This document shows positions 56,471-64,000 of a stretch of 64,000 nt of DNA, piece by piece (positions within the stretch are counted from its first letter, which is position 1; each line of letters opens with the position of its first letter). A program made the position numbers and the translations under genes. The notes below the pieces were generated by a model. It made no database searches. It saw nothing but the letters and a program-made list of their open reading frames with translations, and had not been told where the DNA came from. Source of the stretch: Candidatus Hydrogenedentota bacterium (GTDB lineage: Bacteria > Hydrogenedentota > Hydrogenedentia > Hydrogenedentales > SLHB01); assembly GCA_963674865.2 (NCBI GenBank), contig CAXXYE010000003.1:96001-160000 (forward strand), read 5' to 3'.

Positions 56471-57391
56471 TTAGGGCGCTAATCGCTCCTGTAAGGGCCG
56501 ATCCTCCGGCACATCCGTCGCCTGAACGAACGCCGGCGCCGTCTCCTCCGTTCCTGCGAGATCGTCGACGTCCTCGGCCGCTTTCCGCACGAGGAACACC
56601 TCATCTATGCGATACGGATCGGCCGCCGGTTGGATGGACGCCGCCTTCACCAGCGTGCCGCGGTTACTTACGTCGGTAACGGTGCCTATGGGATATCCGC
56701 TCGGAAAAACGCTTCCCCCACAGGTGACGACCCTATCGCCCGGACGCACGTCATCCTTCAAGTCGATGTAATGCATCTCGCAGACGTGTGTCAGGTCGCT
56801 TCCCGTTCCCTGGACCCTTCCGTAGACGCGGCCACGGGCCGTCACGGCGCCCACGTTGCACTCGGGGTGGTGCAGTGTTGCTATGTAGGATTGAAAGGGC
56901 ATGACCCGCCGCACGACGCCCACGATCCCATCGGCCGACATCGCGCACATCAACTCGCGCACGCCATGAACCGCGCCGCGATCTACGATGAGTGTCCCCT
57001 CAAACCGTCCTATGACCTCCGCGGGCTGTAGCGTCAATCTCGGCTCCGTCCGCTCAAAGGCGATCATGCGCCGAAGGCGATCATTCTGTTCCCAAAGCTC
57101 CGCGCGGTCGGCGGCCCGCCGCGAGGCCGAGGCAAATCGCTCGCGCAGGAAGTCGTTTTCGTCGCGGAGTGCGTCGTACGCAACGACGAGCCCCGTGAGG
57201 TAGTCGGTGCCCTTGGACATGGTGTGGGCAACGATCCAGAAGGGATGGGCCACCACGGATACCGCCGTACGCAACGCATTCCCGATGACGGCCGAGGGGG
57301 TGCCGGAAGTCAACGACAGAAGCGATAGCCCAAGCAGGACAACCAGAACCGCTGTGGGCCGGTTTTCCGCTATACGCCGGGCAAGACTCAA
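56471..57391 (-). CDS. mreC: Rod shape-determining protein MreC
   Basis: N-terminal TM, coiled coil (LRDEN..LR), DRG...GV, GIVG.V, GD.VVT.G..VFP.GYPIG.V. Confidence 0.92.
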   Translation of the reverse strand: MSLARRIAENRPTAVLVVLLGLSLLSLTSGTPSAVIGNALRTAVSVVAHPFWIVAHTMSKGTDYLTGLVVAYDALRDENDFLRERFASASRRAADRAELWEQNDRLRRMIAFERTEPRLTLQPAEVIGRFEGTLIVDRGAVHGVRELMCAMSADGIVGVVRRVMPFQSYIATLHHPECNVGAVTARGRVYGRVQGTGSDLTHVCEMHYIDLKDDVRPGDRVVTCGGSVFPSGYPIGTVTDVSNRGTLVKAASIQPAADPYRIDEVFLVRKAAEDVDDLAGTEETAPAFVQATDVPEDRPLQERLAP

Positions 57392-57394
57392 CGG

Positions 57395-58471
<1,077 letters not shown>

Positions 58472-58522
58472 CTAAAATGCTTTAACAAAAGGACTTACAT
58501 GGCATGCACTTCAACCGGCGGC

Positions 58523-58551
58523 ATTATAGCAGAACCCATGTTGGATTCCAA
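58523..58551 (-). promoter_or_regulatory. Sigma70 promoter of the mreBCD-mrdA-rodA-rng operon
   Basis: TTGGAA (58551-58546), 17-nt spacer, extended -10 TGcTATAAT (58531-58523). Confidence 0.7.
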
Positions 58552-58752
58552 CAGCAAAAAAGTCGCCAAAGTGCAAGCAACGCCGCTGCCTGCGGCGTCG
58601 CTAACTCAAATCCTCGAAAGCCCCCTACAAGTTCCTTCTCGACGAGGGAGACCCTGTGACAATGACTAGGGCTGCCCGGTAGAATACCTCTGATGGCGGG
58701 ATGGCGTCTGTCCTGCAAAGGCTGCGCCGACACCTTCTGAGGAGGTCTATTC

Positions 58753-61700
58753 ATGCGGTTCCTATCGTTGGCGGTATGTCTACTCGTGACGCAGACGGCG
58801 TCGGGCCTCGAAGGCCTATGGCAGGCCGATATCGGCCACGGCGCGCGTTCGCTGCCGGTGGTGGCGGATCACAACGCCGACGGCTCATTGGATGTATTGG
58901 TGACCACCCGATTTGACGGCACGGTCTGGATTGTCGGCGCCGACGGGAAGCAGCGCAACCGGTTCACGCAAGATTATTGGCTTGAGGGGCTTATCGCCGC
59001 CGCTCCGCAGCCCGGCTCGCGCGCGCCCCTGTTTGCCTATCAGGAATCCGCCGGCGACATCGACCTTTCGGACTACACCAAGCGGCTCAATCTTTGGCTG
59101 CACGTGGATGGCGAAGCGTGCATCGGCACCGGACCGTGCCTCGCGGACCTCGATGGCGACGGGAGAGCGGAAATCCTTGTTGCCCGACGGAACGGATGCG
59201 TCACCGCGGTGGATCAGAGACTCAAGCCCCTCTGGCAATTCGACGCCGGCCTGCCTTTCGACTCTTCTCCCGCAGCGGCGCCCGTTTTCAAGGATCAGGC
59301 CGGTGTATATGCTCTGGCACGAGACGGGGCCGTGCATGGACTTGCAGGAAATGGCGCCCCGCTGTGGCGTTTTCAAATGGCCCACGCCGCACCGCGTTTT
59401 CCCTCGAAAGGGGATCTCCTCGTTGTTGAACTTGTTCCAGGAAAGCCCACCGTCTTGGCGGGCGATGCGGAGGGTTGGCTGTACGCCATCGATGCCGTGA
59501 CGGGCCGGGAGCTATGGCATGTCAACCTCGGTGGCGAAGCCCTCGGGACTCCGGCGATTGCCGATGTTCTTCCATCGGAAGGCAGAGAGATTGTCGTCGT
59601 TAGTGAGGCGGGGCATATTGCCGTTGTCGATCCGCACGGCGTCGTTCTACTGCGGGGCGAACTGCCCGAGGGCCGCTACGTGCCCCGTCCGCTGCTGGCG
59701 GATGTAGATGGCGATGCGGAACCCGAAATTGTCCTGGCAGCGGAGCCGTGGGCCGTTGTCGTGGCCGGCCTCGATGGTAATGTGGAGGAGCGTATCGAGG
59801 TCCGCGGCAACGTGAAAGAGGGCGTCCTACTGGCCGACCTCACGGGGAATGGGCGTCTGGAATTGCTTGTGGCAACGGAGTGCGCGCGCCTCTACTGCTT
59901 CGCGACGGAGGCGGAACAGGGCTGGACGCATCCCCGGGGCGGCCCGTCATTAAGCGGGAGCGTGCCGCCTTTCAGCCGTGAGGCAGAAACGCCGGATATG
60001 GACACCAGCGGCCGTTCGGTGCGGCTGCGGGACGTGTTCGCGCCAAGGTATGAAAAGGGGATGCCCCTCGCCAAGGCAGTGTTGTGCCTGCGCAGACCTC
60101 CGGCCTCGGGATATCTCACAGCCAAGATCCGCCTTGGAGATAGTATCGTCGGAGCGGCGGTGAAACCGGCCGCTTCCTCCACGCTCACGATCCCCTTTGT
60201 CCAACTCGCCGATGAGCCATACAGCCTCGATGTAGACCTCGTAGATGCAGACGGAAAGGTGACGGCCTCCACACGCAACACCCCCATTCGGACTGCTCCG
60301 CTCAAGGCTACGGAGCTTGCGCCTGTCGGCGACTTTATCGATGTGCTCGGGGCATGTGCGGACGCGTTCACCCCGCCGGAATGGTGGGCGCCGCCCGAGG
60401 TCGGTGGTAGCGACTCGTGGCACGTGGCGCACTACATGCCTGACAAATGGCGCACCTATGGCCTGGATGACGAGCCCTTCATCCGCGACGCGATCCCGAG
60501 GATTCCGGCGAGTGCGTCGCGTTCCGACGGAGTCTTTGGTCCAAGCCACGCCGCCTGGGAGCCTATCGCCGGAGACACCAAACCCTTCTTCATCATGAAT
60601 GACTACTTCCGGCCGCGCAAAGCATATTCAGACGACGCGTATGCGCGGATCCTGAAGATGGCGGGCGAGCGATTCCTCGGTTTTCAGGTCCATGAATGGG
60701 CCTATCACGTGTGGAAGAACCTCCTGGAAGACAGCGCCACGCCGCCGGCATCGCGGGAAGCGGCCACGGCGGTGATGAAGGAAGACTTCGAGACGGTCCT
60801 GGACATGTGTCATGGCCGCATGTACGAGGGGCAGGGCTACTGCCTGTTCCACCACCAAGCCTTTGCCTGGGGGGCGCCGCTCGGATATGCCGAGGTGGGC
60901 GAGAACATCCCATGCGCCCCGCTACAGTTCGCGTTCCTCCGAGGCGCCTCGCGCCAATACGGCGGCCGCCCATGGGGCGCCTACCTCTCCAATTGGTTTC
61001 GCGGAACCGTAGTTGATACGCGCTACAGGCCGGAGGATGAGCGTGTGCGCTGGGGCAAGTCGGATTATGCGGACGGGCCCGACTGCGGCCATTCAGCCTC
61101 CCTGGAGTTCAGGCTGGAAATGGCCGCGCATCTTTCAGGGGCGACCTTTGTCCACCATGAGTCCGATGCGCACCACGACTCGATATTCATGGAAGAGTCC
61201 GCCCCGGGCGAGTACGGCCTATCTGAGTTCGGCACGGCGATGAAAGCCTGGCATGCCTACACGCAGAAGTATCCCGAGCGCGGACTTCCCTACACGCCTA
61301 TCGCTTTTCTCGTGGACTCCGGACAGGGGTGGCGGCCTCGCGAGGACATCTACGGGATATGGCCCAGGCAGCGCGGAGCCCTCGGCATGGAGGGCGTCTT
61401 CGCGCACGTGTTCCCCTATGGCGGACGCGTGGACTTTGAGCGCGGCTACCTTGCGAATGGCCCCTATGGCGACATCTTCGATGTGCTCACCGACGAGGCC
61501 AAGGCCGACGCGCTTCACGGCTATGCGGTAGTGTGGCCCCTCGGGGAGATGTCACTGACCAAGAGCCGGCAGGAGGCCTTGACGGCGTACGTACGCGCCG
61601 GCGGCATCCTTGTCTTGGACAGTGCCTCGGCGTCTTCGTTCTCGAGCGATTTCCTCGGACTCCGCTTTCGAGGGCGATTTGCACACGGCGACAGCTTTCA

Positions 61701-62217
61701 GACTGCCCTCGCCTCTGTGCCACGCCTGCGCGCGCCGTACCGATATCTTCCGATGAAGATCGATAAGGATTCGCGTACGAATATCTTGGCGTGGACGGGG
61801 ACGGGGGAGCCCGTCTTGGCTTGGCGCCGCGTGGGCCGCGGCGTCGTCATTGTGTCGGCTACGCATCATTGGCTGGACGAGGCGAACCACCTCCTGCCCA
61901 TCACCGGGATACTGCTCCAAAGTCTGGCCGAAGCCCTCCTCCCCCTATCGGTTTCCGCGGATGTTGAGTACATACTGAACCGTTCCCCAAGCGGGTGGGT
62001 CGTGGGCTTGTTCAATAACAACGGCATTGCCAAGGTCCCGACGCTGCCGGCGCAGAGAGACTCCGCGGGTGCGCGAACGTGCCTAGTCCGCTTCGGGGAT
62101 TCAATCCCCCTTCAGTTCATCCCGCGTCTGGGCGAGTTTCGCTGGGACGAACAGGCCCACGGATTGCGGACGCAACTCAGCCCGGGGAATGTGGCCGTTG
62201 TGGAAGTGAAATTCTGA
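58753..62217 (+). CDS. Large secreted protein: FG-GAP/PQQ-like beta-propeller + putative glycoside-hydrolase-like barrel + GATase-like C-terminal domain
   Basis: Signal peptide; repeated ADxxGDG..EI and LW.F motifs in the first ~390 aa; central FQVHEW...EVGEN...FLRGASRQY; C-terminal L.AYV.AGG.LV...G.G.V; RBS GGAGG. Confidence 0.7.
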   Translation: MRFLSLAVCLLVTQTASGLEGLWQADIGHGARSLPVVADHNADGSLDVLVTTRFDGTVWIVGADGKQRNRFTQDYWLEGLIAAAPQPGSRAPLFAYQESAGDIDLSDYTKRLNLWLHVDGEACIGTGPCLADLDGDGRAEILVARRNGCVTAVDQRLKPLWQFDAGLPFDSSPAAAPVFKDQAGVYALARDGAVHGLAGNGAPLWRFQMAHAAPRFPSKGDLLVVELVPGKPTVLAGDAEGWLYAIDAVTGRELWHVNLGGEALGTPAIADVLPSEGREIVVVSEAGHIAVVDPHGVVLLRGELPEGRYVPRPLLADVDGDAEPEIVLAAEPWAVVVAGLDGNVEERIEVRGNVKEGVLLADLTGNGRLELLVATECARLYCFATEAEQGWTHPRGGPSLSGSVPPFSREAETPDMDTSGRSVRLRDVFAPRYEKGMPLAKAVLCLRRPPASGYLTAKIRLGDSIVGAAVKPAASSTLTIPFVQLADEPYSLDVDLVDADGKVTASTRNTPIRTAPLKATELAPVGDFIDVLGACADAFTPPEWWAPPEVGGSDSWHVAHYMPDKWRTYGLDDEPFIRDAIPRIPASASRSDGVFGPSHAAWEPIAGDTKPFFIMNDYFRPRKAYSDDAYARILKMAGERFLGFQVHEWAYHVWKNLLEDSATPPASREAATAVMKEDFETVLDMCHGRMYEGQGYCLFHHQAFAWGAPLGYAEVGENIPCAPLQFAFLRGASRQYGGRPWGAYLSNWFRGTVVDTRYRPEDERVRWGKSDYADGPDCGHSASLEFRLEMAAHLSGATFVHHESDAHHDSIFMEESAPGEYGLSEFGTAMKAWHAYTQKYPERGLPYTPIAFLVDSGQGWRPREDIYGIWPRQRGALGMEGVFAHVFPYGGRVDFERGYLANGPYGDIFDVLTDEAKADALHGYAVVWPLGEMSLTKSRQEALTAYVRAGGILVLDSASASSFSSDFLGLRFRGRFAHGDSFQTALASVPRLRAPYRYLPMKIDKDSRTNILAWTGTGEPVLAWRRVGRGVVIVSATHHWLDEANHLLPITGILLQSLAEALLPLSVSADVEYILNRSPSGWVVGLFNNNGIAKVPTLPAQRDSAGARTCLVRFGDSIPLQFIPRLGEFRWDEQAHGLRTQLSPGNVAVVEVKF

Positions 62218-62306
62218 CGGCGCCCTCGAGTAGAACCTAACCATATTGCATGTCGGCTTGCGTGAATGTCCGAGAGCGATTGCGGGCGATTCTGGCGAAG
62301 CCGCTT

Positions 62307-63737
62307 CTAGACGTGCCCCCGCGAGGCCAGCTCATCCCAGCTCTGCGCCATTCTCACATGCATATCATTGAAGGCGCCAAAAGCTTCGGCGAGTTCCGCC
62401 TCCGAGCCTCTCGCCACGCCGGCCTGAAGGAAGATGTCATGCCAGTGTCGGGCAAGTTGCTGGCATTCCGCCGCCCCCATCTGTCCTGCGGTGCAGGTCG
62501 CGCCGGCCGCCCCGACAGTCGCCACGAGCGCCTTGGCGTCGGAGGCATGCTCCGGCCTACGGTGGTGATGGATGGCCTCAGTGATTTCCTTCGGAAATCC
62601 CCATTGAAGCGCCAGCTCGTAGCCCGCATCCGGGTACGTGAGTCCGAGCAGTTCTTCCTCCACGGAGAGCAACTCAGCCCCCGTTGCGTCCGGCGCGATG
62701 GTGTTATACAACTCGGGGACAACCTGCAGCAGGGCAACACGTCCAACGCTGTGCATCATGCCCGCCGTGAACGCCACCCGCTCATCCGCCGTCTCGAACT
62801 TCCTTGCGATCATTCTTGACATCGTCGCGCAACACATCGCGTTGACCCAATAGGCCTTGTAGTCGAAGTTGCGCGATTCGTCGAGCATGTTTACCACGTC
62901 GAGGGACAGGACAAGGTTGTACGTGTCGCGCAGCCCCATCAGCGAAACGGCCAGCTCGATGTTGTCCACCCGGCTGGGAAACCCATAGGCGGCGGCGTTG
63001 GCAACGCTGAGTATCCTCGCGGCCACCGGCGGGTCCGTACACAGTATTTCGGCCGCCTCGTGCACGGAAACCCGCTTGTCGGCCATCGACTTGCGGATGC
63101 GTTGCACCGTTTCCGGTAGTGCGGGAAGCGCCCTGAGCTTCTGCAGCAACCGCACCAGACTCTTGGGCCCGATTCGGCCGTTTTCGGGGGCCTCCTCCGT
63201 GTCCGGCTCATCCTGCTCGTCGGCACCGTGCGGATAATTGCGGTTGATGGCGGCGTGAATATCATTGCGCGAGCACAACATGGGCTTCACAGTGAGGCCC
63301 GTTGTTGCCTCCAGCTCATTGATGGCGCGCGAATCGAGCGGGCAAGCCATGCCTAAGGTAAGCAACCGGCCCAGACGGTCGATGGGGAAGACCTCGTGCT
63401 TCCTGGCAAGCTCCTTGGGCACAAGATCGATGATTTCCTTCGGCACCTTGTAGCTCAACAACTCGATGCTTGAGACGCCCGGTTGCCGTGCGAGGAAGGC
63501 GGCAAACTTGCGTGGGTCCATGAAACCCAGCGAAATGAGTGCCTCGACGATCTTGACGTGGTTTGTCTTCTGTATGGCCAAAGCGGCTTGGAGCTGCTCA
63601 TCCGAGATGACGCCGGCTTCCACCAGCATCTCGCCAATCCGCTTCCTATCGCCGCTCTTGGCGTATTCCCTTACAGGAGGCTTCCTGAAGAAGAACCCGG
63701 ACGCTCTTGCGCCACGTCTAGATTCTTTTCTGTGCAT
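62307..63737 (-). CDS. MshEN (T2SSE_N) + HDOD fusion protein
   Basis: RIGEMLVEAGVISDEQLQAALAIQ-KTNHV-KIVEALISLGFMDPRKFAAFLARQ, then VP.ELARKH.VFP...L.LGMA.P; HDOD motifs LPALP, DP.VAARIL.VAN.AAYG, AGMMHSVG, W.FP..I.EAI..H. Confidence 0.85.
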   Translation of the reverse strand: MHRKESRRGARASGFFFRKPPVREYAKSGDRKRIGEMLVEAGVISDEQLQAALAIQKTNHVKIVEALISLGFMDPRKFAAFLARQPGVSSIELLSYKVPKEIIDLVPKELARKHEVFPIDRLGRLLTLGMACPLDSRAINELEATTGLTVKPMLCSRNDIHAAINRNYPHGADEQDEPDTEEAPENGRIGPKSLVRLLQKLRALPALPETVQRIRKSMADKRVSVHEAAEILCTDPPVAARILSVANAAAYGFPSRVDNIELAVSLMGLRDTYNLVLSLDVVNMLDESRNFDYKAYWVNAMCCATMSRMIARKFETADERVAFTAGMMHSVGRVALLQVVPELYNTIAPDATGAELLSVEEELLGLTYPDAGYELALQWGFPKEITEAIHHHRRPEHASDAKALVATVGAAGATCTAGQMGAAECQQLARHWHDIFLQAGVARGSEAELAEAFGAFNDMHVRMAQSWDELASRGHV

Positions 63738-64000
63738 CTCTCGCCTGCCTTCCAGGAATGCGCCCAGTTATCCGCAAGAACCTGCCCATCGACGTCCGAC
63801 GCGTTTCCCCGACGCCAGAGTTAATTACTGATCCGCGCCTGTTGCATTGTACAAGATTGCCCTCACATCGGCAACCGCCGCCGGTACTGGTTGGCGCGGC
63901 CGCGCGCCGGCCTGAATCCAGAGCGGCAACGGCTTTCACTGAACGCGTTCCAGGCCCATCGGAACGGCATTCACCACGGAAACGCTCTCTCCGTCAAACG

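Noticed and set aside
55153..56679. Long alternative-frame ORFs (508 aa here; also 12129-13172, 14997-16088, 20040-21065, 22649-23839)
   Set aside because: They lie antisense to well-supported genes, as expected in GC-rich coding DNA, and show no domain signatures.

Overview
GC-rich bacterial chromosomal window, probably from a diderm (it carries skp/ompH). A Candidatus Hydrogenedentota/PVC-like lineage is only my guess from gene content. The dominant feature is a ~29 kb, 18-gene, same-strand signalling island (2507-31499). It contains a 2181-aa cytoplasmic histidine kinase with about 15 tandem PAS domains and its NarL-type regulator, then a complete stressosome module: three tandem RsbR paralogues carrying GAF/PAS rather than globin sensors, RsbS, RsbT and an RsbT-like ATPase-RsbX phosphatase fusion. 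Four more histidine kinases follow, plus REC-HD-GYP, REC-HDOD, REC-degenerate-HD-GYP and REC-Cys-motif proteins. No sigma-B/RsbV/RsbW genes are present, so the stressosome appears wired to a phosphorelay/c-di-GMP output. The rest of the window holds ggt, tRNA-Gln/tRNA-Glu, several uncharacterised glycoside-hydrolase-like proteins, an AGCS amino-acid symporter, a radical SAM enzyme, skp, aroF-scpB-rluB, an intact IS4-family (IS10-like) element with a 9-bp target duplication, ccsA/hemX-hemA, a DapA-family enzyme next to a sugar/AI-2-like ABC transporter with a fused ATPase-permease, the mreBCD-mrdA-rodA-rng operon, and an MshEN-HDOD fusion (candidate c-di-GMP receptor). All domain calls come from motifs read by eye; no database search was run.
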